A DNA stretch of 64,000 nucleotides. Source: Eledone cirrhosa (lineage: Eukaryota). The position numbers and the translations under genes are program-made. The DNA is taken from NCBI GenBank assembly GCA_964016885.1, contig OZ024760.1, forward strand, positions 35,154,001 to 35,218,000, given 5' to 3'. Position 1 is the stretch's first letter; every line of letters begins with the position of its first letter. Below, piece after piece: positions 11,601 to 23,315 of this stretch. The notes below the pieces were generated by a model that saw only the letters and a list, made by a program, of their open reading frames with translations, was not told the origin of the DNA and did not search any database.

Positions 11601-14600
11601 TAAAATCGCATATTAATTTTTTTTCGAAAATCAATTTTTTTATACCTTTAGAAATATTTATATCTGATTTTATATATTGATTTTTTTAGGTTTTTCGAAA
11701 AAAATCTTATATAATCAATTTTTTTTAGTTTTTTCGAAAAAGAATGAATGTGAGTTCATAGTCGAAATATATACTTCTGCATTAATCTTTTTACGTTTTT
11801 CTGATTTTTTGCATGTTTCGAAATCTAAAAAAAACGTAAAAGATTAAAGCTTTTACAAATCTTTGGAAATATTTACTTTTAAATTTTTTTCGAAAAACCT
11901 AAAAAATCAGTTTTCGCAATCAGAAGTTAATATTTCAAAAAACGCAACTTGAAAAACGCATATTATTTTTTTTCGAAAACCTAATATAATCAATTTTTTT
12001 ATAAATATCTATATCTGATTTCAAATATTGATTTTTTTAAGTTTTTAGAAAACCTTATATAATCAATTTTTTTTAGTTTTTTCTAAATAGAATGAATGTG
12101 AGTTCATAGTCGAAATATATACTTCTGCATTAATCTTGTTACGTTTTTCTGATTTTTTGCATGTTTCGAAATCTAAAAAAAACGTAAAAGATTAAAGCTT
12201 TTACAAATCTTTGGAAATATTTACTTTTAAATTTTTTTCGAAAAACCTAAAAAATCAGTTTTCGAAATCAGAAGTTAATATTTCGAAAAACGCAATTTGA
12301 AAAACGCATATTAATTTTTTTTCGAAAACCTTATATAATCAATTTTTTTTAGGTTTTTCAAAAATGAATGAATAGTCGAAATATATACTTCTGTATCAAT
12401 ATTTTTACGTTTTTCTGATTTTTGTCATGTTTCGAAATTCAAAAAAAACGTAAAAAATTAATGCTTTAACAAATCTTTAGAAATATCTACTTTCTGGTTT
12501 CAAATTTTGCAGATTAAATTTTTTTGAAAAACCTAAAAAAATCAGTTTTCGAAATCAGAAGTTAATATTTCGAAAAAACGCAACTTGAAAAACGCATATT
12601 ATTCTTTTTCGAAAACCTAATATAATCAATTTTTTTTAAATATCTATATCTGATTTAAAATATTGATTTTTTTAAGTTTTTATAAAACCTTATATAATCA
12701 ATTTTTTTTAGTTTTTTCTTTCGAAATATTTACTTTCTGGTTTCAAATTTGGCAGATTAAATTTCTATCGAAAAACCTAAAATAATCAGCTTTCGAAATC
12801 AGAAGTTAATATTTCGAAAAACGCAATTTTAAAATCGCATATTAATTTTTTTTCGAAAATCAATTTATTTATACCTTTAGAAATATTTATATCTGATTTT
12901 ATATATTGATTTTTTTAGGTTTTTCGAAAAAAATCTTATAGAATCAATTTTTTTTAGTTTTTTCGAAAAAGAATGAATGTGAGTTCATAGTCGAAATATA
13001 TACTTCTGCATTAATCTTTTTACGTTTTTCTGATTTTTTGCATGTTTCGAAATCTAGAAAAAACGTAAAAAATTAATGCTTTTACAAATATTTCGAAATA
13101 TTTACTTTCTGGTTTCAAATTTTGCAGATTAAATTTTTTTTGAAAAACCTAAAAAAATCAGTTTTCGAAATCAGAAGTTACTATTTCGAAAAACGCAATT
13201 TGAAAAACGCATATTAATTTTTTTTCGAAAACCTTATATAATCAATTTTTTTATAGTTTTAGAAATATTTATAACTGATTTCAAATATTGATTTTTTTAG
13301 ATTTTTTTTTTTTATATAATCAATTGATTTTAGGTTTTTAAAAAAAAAATGAATTTGAGATCATAGTCGAAATATATACTTTTTTTCTGATTTTTAGCAT
13401 ATAAATCTAAAAAAACATAAAAAAATCAGTTTTCGAAAACAGAAGTTAATATTTCGAAAAACGCAATTTAAAAACGCATATTATTTTTTTTCGAAAACCT
13501 TATATAATCTTATTACGATTTTCTGATATTTTGCATGTAAATCTGAAAAAACATAAAAAAATTAGTTTTCGAAATTAGATGTTAATATTTCGAAAAACGC
13601 AATTTTAAAAACGCATATTGATTTTATTTCGAAAACCTTATATAATCAATTTTTTTATAAAAATTTATATCTGATTTCAAATATTTAACGAATCTTTAGA
13701 AATATCTACTTTCTGGTTTCAAATTTTGCAGATTAAATTTTTTTGAAAAACCTGAAAAAATCAGTTTTCGAAATCAGAAGTTAATATTTCAAAAAACGCA
13801 ACTTGAAAAACGCATATTATTCTTTTTCGAAAACCTAATATAATCAATTTTTTTATAAATATCTATATCTGATTTCAAATATTGATTTTTTTAAGTTTTT
13901 AGAAAACCTTATATAATCAATTTTTTTTAGTTTTTTCTAAAAAGAATGAATGTGAGTTCATAGTCGAAATATATACTTCTGCATTAATCTTGTTACGTTT
14001 TTCTGATTTTTTGCATGTTTCGAAATCTAAAAAAAACGTAAAAAATTAAAGCTTTTACAAATCTTTGGAAATATTTACTTTTAAATTTTTTTCGAAAAAC
14101 CTAAAAAATCAGTTTTCGAAATCAGAAGTTAATATTTCGAAAAACGCAATTTGAAAAACGCATATTAATTTTTTTTCGAAAGTCTTATATAATCAATTTT
14201 TTTATACTTTTAGAAATATTTATATCTGATTTCAAAGATTGATTTTTTTAGGTTTTTCGAAAACCTTATATAATCAATTTTTTTTAGGTTTTTCAAAAGT
14301 GAATGAATAGTCGAAATATATACTTCTGTATCAATATTTATACGTTTTTCTGATTTTTGTCATGTTTCGAAATTCAAAAAAAACGTAAAAAATTAATGCT
14401 TTAACAAATCTTTAGAAATATCTACTTTCTGGTTTCAAATTTTGCAGATTAAATTTTTTTGAAAAACCTAAAAAAATCAGTTTTCGAAATCAGAAGTTAA
14501 TATTTCGAAAAAACGCAACTTGAAAAACGCATATTATTCTTTTTCGAAAACCTAATATAATCAATTTTTTTTAAATATCTATATCTGATTTAAAATATTG

Positions 14601-17600
14601 ATTTTTTTAAGTTTTTATAAAACCTTATATAATCAATTTTTTTTAGTTTTTTCTATAGAAATATTTACTTTCTGGTTTCAAATTTGGCAGATTAAATTTC
14701 TATCGAAAAACCTAAAATAATCAGTTTTCGAAATCAGAAGTTAATATTTCGAAAAACGCAATTTTAAAATCGCATATTAATTTTTTTTCGAAATATTTAT
14801 ATCTGATTTTATATATTGATTTTTTTAGGTTTTTCGAAAAAAATCTTATAGAATCAATTTTTTTTAGTTTTTTCGAAAAAGAATGAATGTGAGTTCATAG
14901 TCGAAATATATACTTCTGCATTAATCTTTTTACGTTTTTCTGATTTTTTGCATGTTTCGAAATCTAGAAAAAACGTAAAAAATTAATGCTTTTACAAATG
15001 TTTCGAAATATTTACTTTCTGGTTTCAAATTTTGCAGATTATATTTTTTTCGAAAAACCTAAAAAAATCAGTTTTCGAAATCAGAAGTTACTATTTCGAA
15101 AAACGCAATTTGAAAAACGCATATTAATTTTTTTTCGAAAACCTTATATAATCAATTTTTTATAGTTTTAGAAATATTTATAACTGATTTCAAATATTGA
15201 TTTTTTTAGATTTTTTTTTTTTATATAATCAATTGATTTTAGGTTTTTCAAAAAAAAATGAATTTGAGATCATAGTCGAAATATATACTTTTTTTCTGAT
15301 TTTTAGCATATAAATCTAAAAAAACATAAAAAAATCAGTTTTCGAAAACAGAAGTTAATATTTCGAAAAACGCAATTTAAAAACGCATATTATTTTTTTT
15401 CGAAAACCTTATATAATCTTATTACGATTTTCTGATATTTTGCATGTAAATCTGAAAAAACATAAAAAAATTAGTTTTCGAAATTAGATGTTAATATTTC
15501 GAAAAACGCAATTTTAAAAACGCATATTGATTTTATTTCGAAAACCTTATATAATCAATTTTTTTATAAAAATTTATATCTGATTTCAAATATTGATTTT
15601 TTGAAGTTTTTCGAAAACCTTATATAATCAATTTTTTTTAGTTTTTTCGAAAAAGAATGAATGTGAGTTCATAGTCGAAATAAATATTTCTGCATTAATC
15701 ATTTTACGTTTTTCTGATTTTTTGCATGTTTCGAAATCTAAAAAAAAACGTAAAAAATTAATGCTTTAACGAATCTTTAGAAATATCTACTTTCTGGTTT
15801 CAAATTTTGCAGATTAAATTTTTTTGAAAAACCTGAAAAAATCAGTTTTCGAAATCAGAAGTTAATATTTCAAAAAACGCAACTTGAAAAACGCATATTA
15901 TTTTTTTTCGACAACCTAATATAATCAATTTTTTTATAAATATCTATATCTGATTTCAAATATTGATTTTTTTAAGTTTTTAAAAAACCTTATATAATCA
16001 ATTTTTTTTAGTTTTTTCTAAAAAGAATGAATGTGAGTTCATAGTCGAAATATATACTTCTGCATTAATCTTGTTACGTTTTTCTGATTTTTTGCATGTT
16101 TCGAAATCTAAAAAAAACGTAAAAAATTAAAGCTTTTACAAATCTTTGGAAATATTTACTTTTAAATTTTTTTCGAAAAACCTAAAAAATCAGTTTTCGA
16201 AATCAGAAGTTAATATTTCGAAAAACGCAATTTGAAAAACGCATATTAATTTTTTTTCGAAAGTCTTATATAATCAATTTTTTTATACTTTTAGAAATAT
16301 TTATATCTGATTTCAAAGATTGATTTTTTTAGGTTTTTCGAAAACCTTATATAATCAATTTTTTTTAGGTTTTTCAAAAATGAATGAATATACTTCTGTA
16401 TCAATATTTATACGTTTTTCTGATTTTTGTCATGTTTCGAAATTCAAAAAAAACGTAAAAAATTAATGCTTTAACAAATCTTTAGAAATATCTACTTTCT
16501 GGTTTCAAATTTTGCAGATTAAATTTTTTTGAAAAACCTAAAAAAATCAGTTTTCGAAATCAGAAGTTAATATTTCGAAAAAACGCAACTTGAAAAACGC
16601 ATATTATTCTTTTTCGAAAACCTAATATAATCAATTTTTTTTAAATATCTATATCTGATTTAAAATATTGATTTTTTTAAGTTTTTATAAAACCTTATAT
16701 AATCAATTTTTTTTAGTTTTCTCTTTCGAAATATTTACTTTCTGGTTTCAAATTTGGCAGATTAAATTTCTATCGAAAAACCTAAAATAATCAGTTTTCG
16801 AAATCAGAAGTTAATATTTCGAAAAACGCAATTTTAAAATCGCATATTAATTTTTTTTCGAAATATTTATATCTGATTTTATATATTGATTTTTTTAGGT
16901 TTTTCGAAAAAAATCTTATAGAATCAATTTTTTTTAGTTTTTTCGAAAAAGAATGAATGTGAGTTCATAGTCGAAATATATACTTCTGCATTAATCTTTT
17001 TACGTTTTTCTGATTTTTTGCATGTTTCGAAATCTAGAAAAAACGTAAAAAATTAATGCTTTTACAAATGTTTCGAAATATTTACTTTCTGGTTTCAAAT
17101 TTTGCAGATTATATTTTTTTCGAAAAACCTAAAAAAATCAGTTTTCGAAATCAGAAGTTACTATTTCGAAAAACGCAATTTGAAAAACGCATATTAATTT
17201 TTTTTCGAAAACCTTATATAATCAATTTTTTTATAGTTTTAGAAATATTTATAACTGATTTCAAATATTGATTTTTTTAGATTTTTTTTTTTATATAATC
17301 AATTGATTTTAGGTTTCTCAAAAAAAAATGAATTTGAGATCATAGTCGAAATATATACTTTTTTTCTGATTTTTAGCATATAAATCTAAAAAAACATAAA
17401 AAAATCAGTTTTCGAAAACAGAAGTTAATATTTCGAAAAACGCAATTTAAAAACGCATATTATTTTTTTTCGAAAACCTTATATAATCTTATTACGATTT
17501 TCTGATATTTTGCATGTAAATCTGAAAAAACATAAAAAAATTAGTTTTCGAAATTAGATGTTAATATTTCGAAAAACGCAATTTTAAAAACGCATATTGA

Positions 17601-20600
17601 TTTTATTTCGAAAACCTTATATAATCAATTTTTTTATAAAAATTTATATCTGATTTCAAATATTGATTTTTTGAAGTTTTTCGAAAACCTTATATAATCA
17701 ATTTTTTTTAGTTTTTTCGAAAAAGAATGAATGTGAGTTCATAGTCGAAATAAATATTTCTGCATTAATCATTTTACGTTTTTCTGATTTTTTGCATGTT
17801 TCGAAATCTAAAAAAAAACGTAAAAAATTAATGCTTTAACGAATCTTTAGAAATATCTACTTTCTGGTTTCAAATTTTGCAGATTAAATTTTTTTGAAAA
17901 ACCTGAAAAAATCAGTTTTCGAAATCAGAAGTTAATATTTCAAAAAACGCAACTTGAAAAACGCATATTATTTTTTTTCGAAAACCTAATATAATCAATT
18001 TTTTTATAAATATCTATATCTGATTTCAAATATTGATTTTTTTAAGTTTTTAAAAAACCTTATATAATCAATTTTTTTTAGTTTTTTCTAAAAAGAATGA
18101 ATGTGAGTTCATAGTCGAAATATATACTTCTGCATTAATCTTGTTACGTTTTTCTGATTTTTTGCATGTTTCGAAATCTAAAAAAAACGTAAAAAATTAA
18201 AGCTTTTACAAATCTTTGGAAATATTTACTTTTAAATTTTTTTCGAAAAACCTAAAAAATCAGTTTTCGAAATCAGAAGTTAATATTTCGAAAAACGCAA
18301 TTTGAAAAACGCATATTAATTTTTTTTCGAAAGTCTTATATAATCAATTTTTTTATACTTTTAGAAATATTTATATCTGATTTCAAAGATTGATTTTTTT
18401 AGGTTTTTCGAAAACCTTATATAATCAATTTTTTTTAGGTTTTTCAAAAATGAATGAATAGTCGAAATATATACTTCTGTATCAATATTTATACGTTTTT
18501 CTGATTTTTGTCATGTTTCGAAATTCAAAAAAAACGTAAAAAATTAATGCTTTAACAAATCTTTAGAAATATCTACTTTCTGGTTTCAAATTTTGCAGAT
18601 TAAATTTTTTTGAAAAACCTAAAAAAATCAGTTTTCGAAATCAGAAGTTAATATTTCGAAAAAACGCAACTTGAAAAACGCATATTATTCTTTTTCGAAA
18701 ACCTAATATAATCAATTTTTTTTAAATATCTATATCTGATTTAAAATATTGATTTTTTTAAGTTTTTATAAAACCTTATATAATCAATTTTTTTTAGTTT
18801 TTTCTATAGAAATATTTACTTTCTGGTTTCAAATTTGGCAGATTAAATATCTATCGAAAAACCTTAAATAATCAGTTTTCGAAATCAGAAGTTAATATTT
18901 CGAAAAACGCAATTTTAAAATCGCATATTAATTTTTTTTCGAAAATCAATTTATTTATACCTTTAGAAATATTTATATCTGATTTTATATATTGATTTTT
19001 TTAGGTTTTTCGAAAAAAATCTTATAGAATCAATTTTTTTTAGTTTTTTCGAAAAAGAATGAATGTGAGTTCATAGTCGAAATATATACTTCTGCATTAA
19101 TCTTTTTACGTTTTTCTGATTTTTTGCATGTTTCGAAATCTAGAAAAAACGTAAAAAATTAATGCTTTTACAAATGTTTCGAAATATTTACTTTCTGGTT
19201 TCAAATTTTGCAGATTATATTTTTTTCGAAAAACCTAAAAAAATCAGTTTTCGAAATCAGAGGTTACTATTTCGAAAAACGCAATTTGAAAAACACATTA
19301 ATTTTTTTTCGAAAACCTTATATAATCAATTTTTTTATAGTTTTAGAAATATTTATATCTGATTTCAAATATTGATTTTTTTAGATTTTTTTTTTTTATA
19401 TAATCAATTTATTTTAGGTTTTTCAAAAAAAAATGAATTTGAGATCATAGTCGAAATATATACTTTTTTTCTGATTTTTAGCATATAAATCTAAAAAAAT
19501 ATTAAAAAATCAGTTTTGGAAAATAGAAGTTAATATTTCGAAAAACGCAATTTAAAAACGCATATTATTTTTTTTCGAAAACCTTATATAATCTTATTAC
19601 GATTTTCTGATATTCTGCATGTAAATCTGAAAAAACATAAAAAAATTAGTTTTCGAAATTAGATGTTAATATTTCGAAAAACGCAATTTTAAAAACGCAT
19701 ATTGATTTTATTTCGAAAACCTTATATAATCAATTTTTTTATAAAAATTTATATCTGATTTCAAATATTGATTTTTTGAAGTTTTTCGAAAACCTTATAT
19801 AATCAATTTTTTTTATTTTTTTCGAAAAAGAATGAATGTGAGTTCATAGTCGAAATAAATATTTCTGCATTAATCATTTTACGTTTTTCTGATTTTTTGC
19901 ATGTTTCGAAATCTAAAAAAAAACGTAAAAAATTAATGCTTTAACGAATCTTTAGAAATATCTACTTTCTGGTTTCAAATTTTGCAGATTAAATTTTTTT
20001 GAAAAACCTGAAAAAATCAGTTTTCGAAATCAGAAGTTAATATTTCAAAAAACGCAACTTGAAAAACGCATATTATTTTTTTTCGAAAACCTAATATAAT
20101 CAATTTTTTTATAAATATCTATATCTGATTTCAAATATTGATTTTTTTAAGTTTTTAAGAAACCTTATATAATCAATTTTTTTTAGTTTTTTCTAAAAAG
20201 AATGAATGTGAGTTCATAGTCGAAATATATACTTCTGCATTAATCTTGTTACGTTTTTCTGATTTTTTGCATGTTTCGAAATTTAAAAAAAACGTAAAAA
20301 ATTAAAGCTTTTACAAATATTTGGAAATATTTACTTTTAAATTTTTTTCGAAAAACCTAAAAAATCAGTTTTCGAAATCAGAAGTTAATATTTCGAAAAA
20401 CGCAATTTGAAAAACGCATATTAATTTTTTTTCGAAAGTCTTATATAATCAATTTTTTTATACTTTTAGAAATATTTATATCTGATTTCAAAGATTGATT
20501 TTTTTAGGTTTTTCGAAAACCTTATATAATCAATTTTTTTTAGGTTTTTCAAAAATGAATGAATAGTCGAAATATATACTTCTGTATCAATATTTATACG

Positions 20601-23308
20601 TTTTTCTGATTTTTGTCATGTTTCGAAATTCAAAAAAAACGTAAAAAATTAATGCTTTAACAAATCTTTAGAAATATCTACTTTCTGGTTTCAAATTTTG
20701 CAGATTAAATTTTTTTGAAAAACCTAAAAAAATCAGTTTTCGAAATCAGAAGTTAATATTTCGAAAAAACGCAACTTGAAAAACGCATATTATTCTTTTT
20801 CGAAAACCTAATATAATCAATTTTTTTTAAATATCTATATCTGATTTAAAATATTGATTTTTTTAAGTTTTTATAAAACCTTATATAATCAATTTTTTTT
20901 AGTTTTTTCTATAGAAATATTTACTTTCTGGTTTCAAATTTGGCAGATTATATTTTTTTCGAAAAACCTAAAAAAATCAGTTTTCGAAATCAGAGGTTAC
21001 TATTTCGAAAAACGCAATTTGAAAAACACATTAATTTTTTTTCGAAAACCTTATATAATCAATTTTTTTATAGTTTTAGAAATATTTATATCTGATTTCA
21101 AATATTGATTTTTTTAGATTTTTTTTTTTTATATAATCAATTTATTTTAGGTTTTTCAAAAAAAAATGAATTTGAGATCATAGTCGAAATATATACTTTT
21201 TTTCTGATTTTTAGCATATAAATCTAAAAAAACATAAAAAAATCAGTTTTGGAAAACAGAAGTTAATATTTCGAAAAACGCAATTTAAAAACGCATATTA
21301 TTTTTTTTCGAAAACCTTATATAATCTTATTACGATTTTCTGATATTCTGCATGTAAATCTGAAAAAACAAAAAAATTAGTTTTCGAAATTAGATGTTAA
21401 TATTTCGAAAAACGCAATTTTAAAAACGCATATTGATTTTATTTCGAAAACATTATATAATCAATTTTTTTATAAAAATTTATATCTGATTTCAAATATT
21501 GATTTTTTGAAGTTTTTCGAAAACCTTATATAATCAATTTTTTTTAGTTTTTTCGAAAAAGAATGAATGTGAGTTCATAGTCGAAATAAATATTTCTGCA
21601 TTAATCATTTTACGTTTTTCTGATTTTTTGCATGTTTCGAAATCTAAAAAAAAACGTAAAAAATTAATGTTTTAACGAATCTTTAGAAATATCTACTTTC
21701 TGGTTTCAAATTTTGCAGATTAAATTTTTTTGAAAAACCTGAAAAAATCAGTTTTCGCAATCAGAAGTTAATATTTCAAAAAACGCAACTTGAAAAACGC
21801 ATATTATTTTTTTTCGAAAACCTAATATAATCAATTTTTTTATAAATATCTATATCTGATTTCAAATATTGATTTTTTTAGGTTTTTAGAAAACCTTATA
21901 TAATCAATTTTTTTTAGTTTTTTCTAAAAAGAATGAATGTGAGTTCATAGTCGAAATATATACTTCTGCATTAATCTTGTTACGTTTTTCTGATTTTTTG
22001 CATGTTTCGAAATCTAAAAAAAACGTAACAAATTAATGCTTTTACAAATCTTTAGAAATATTTACTTTTAAATTTTTTTCAAAAAACCTAAAAAATCAGT
22101 TTCCGAAATCAGAAGTTAATATTCCGAAAAACGCAATTTGAAAAACGCATATTGATTTTATTTCGAAAACCTTATATAATCAATTTTTTTATAAAAATTT
22201 ATATCTGATTTAAAATATTGATTTTTTGAAGTTTTTCGAAAACCTTATATGATCAATTTTTTTTAGTTTTTTTCGAAAAAGAATGAATGTGAGTTCATAG
22301 TCGAAATAAATATTTCTGCATTAATCATTTTACGTTTTTCTGATTTTTTGCATGTTTCGAAATCTAAAAAAAAACGTAAAAAATTAATGCTTTTACAAAT
22401 CTTTCGAAATATTTACTTTCTGGTTTCAAATTTTGCAAATTAAATTTTTTTGAAAAACCTAAAAAAATCAGTTTTCGGAATCAGAAGTTAATATTTCGAA
22501 AAACGCAACTTGAAAAACGCATATTATTTTTTTTCGAAAACCTAATATAATCAATTTTTTTATAGTTTTAGAAATATTTATATCTGATTTCAAATATTGA
22601 TTTTTTTAGATTTTTTTTTTTTATATAATCAATTCTTTTTAGGTTTTTCAAAAAAAAATGAATTTGAGATCATAGTCGAAATGTATACTTTTTTTCTGAT
22701 TTTTTGTATGTAAATCTAAAAAAACATAAAAAAATCAGTTTTCGAAAACGGAAGTTAATATTTCGAAAAACGCAATTTGAAAAACGCATATTGATTTTAT
22801 TTCGAAAACCTTATATAATCAATTTTTTTATAAAAATTTATATCTGATTTCAAATATTGATTTTTTGAAGTTTTTCGAAAACCTTATATAATCAATTTTT
22901 TTTAGTTTTTTCTAAAAAGAATGAATGTGAGTCGAAATAAATATTTCTGCATTAATCATTTTACGTTTTTCTGATTTTTTGCATGTTTCGAAATCTAAAA
23001 AAAAACGTAAAAAATTAATGCTTTAACGAATCTTTAGAAATATCTACTTTCTGGTTTCAGATTTTGCAGATTAAATTTTTTTGAAAAACCTAAAAAAATC
23101 AGTTTTCGAAATCAGAAGATAATATTTCAAAAAACGCAACTTGAAAAACGCATATTATTTTTTATCGAAAACCTAATATAATCAATTTTTTTATAAATAT
23201 CTATATCTGATTTCAAATATTGATTTTTTTAAGTTTTTAGAAAACCTTATATAATCAATTTTTTTTAGTTTTTCTAAAAAGAATGAATGTGAGTTCATAG
23301 TCGAAATA
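2607..23308. repeat. AT-rich complex satellite block, ~370-bp monomer with truncated variants, organised as a ~2.1-kb HOR
   Basis: The motif GTTTCGAAATCT recurs at 2607, 2999, 3367, 3739 and 4579, 4949 (spacing 368-392). The HOR marker CTAGAAAAAACGTAAAAAATTAATGCTTTTAC has its ATG at 3771, 5943, 8381, 10397, 13076, 14986, 17056 and 19162 (spacing 1910-2679). Rich in A/T tracts and TTCGAA. Confidence 0.97.
3703..3774. repeat. Imperfect inverted repeat, ~30-bp arms and 13-nt loop, spanning the AT-satellite monomer junction (representative copy)
   Basis: Left arm GCATTAATCTTTTTACGTTTTTCTGATTT (3703-3731). Right arm AAATCTAGAAAAAACGTAAAAAATTAATGC (3745-3774), whose reverse complement is GCATTAATTTTTTACGTTTTTTCTAGATTT. 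Recurs at most full-length monomer junctions. Confidence 0.9.
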
Positions 23309-23315
23309 GTGCCGT
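23309..23315 (+). repeat. 7-bp direct repeat GTGCCGT at the right junction (possible target-site duplication, right copy)
   Basis: CATAGTCGAAATA|GTGCCGT-TACCTATG. Confidence 0.4.

Noticed and set aside
5943-21108. Repeated 66-84 aa F/K/I/N-rich ORFs (MLLQMFRNIYF...)
   Set aside because: Chance open frames in an AT-rich monomer. They are interrupted in other HOR copies and show no recognisable domain. Useful only as HOR markers.
2610-23307. TCGAAAT present at both ends of the AT block (2610-2616 and 23301-23307) as a possible recombination or circularisation site
   Set aside because: TCGAAA occurs several times per monomer, so finding it near both ends is not significant.
2607-23308. Helitron, LTR element or organellar insertion as the identity of the AT block
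   Set aside because: No 5' TC / 3' CTRR termini at the block ends, no LTRs, and no coding, tRNA or rRNA remnants. The block is wholly tandem repeat.
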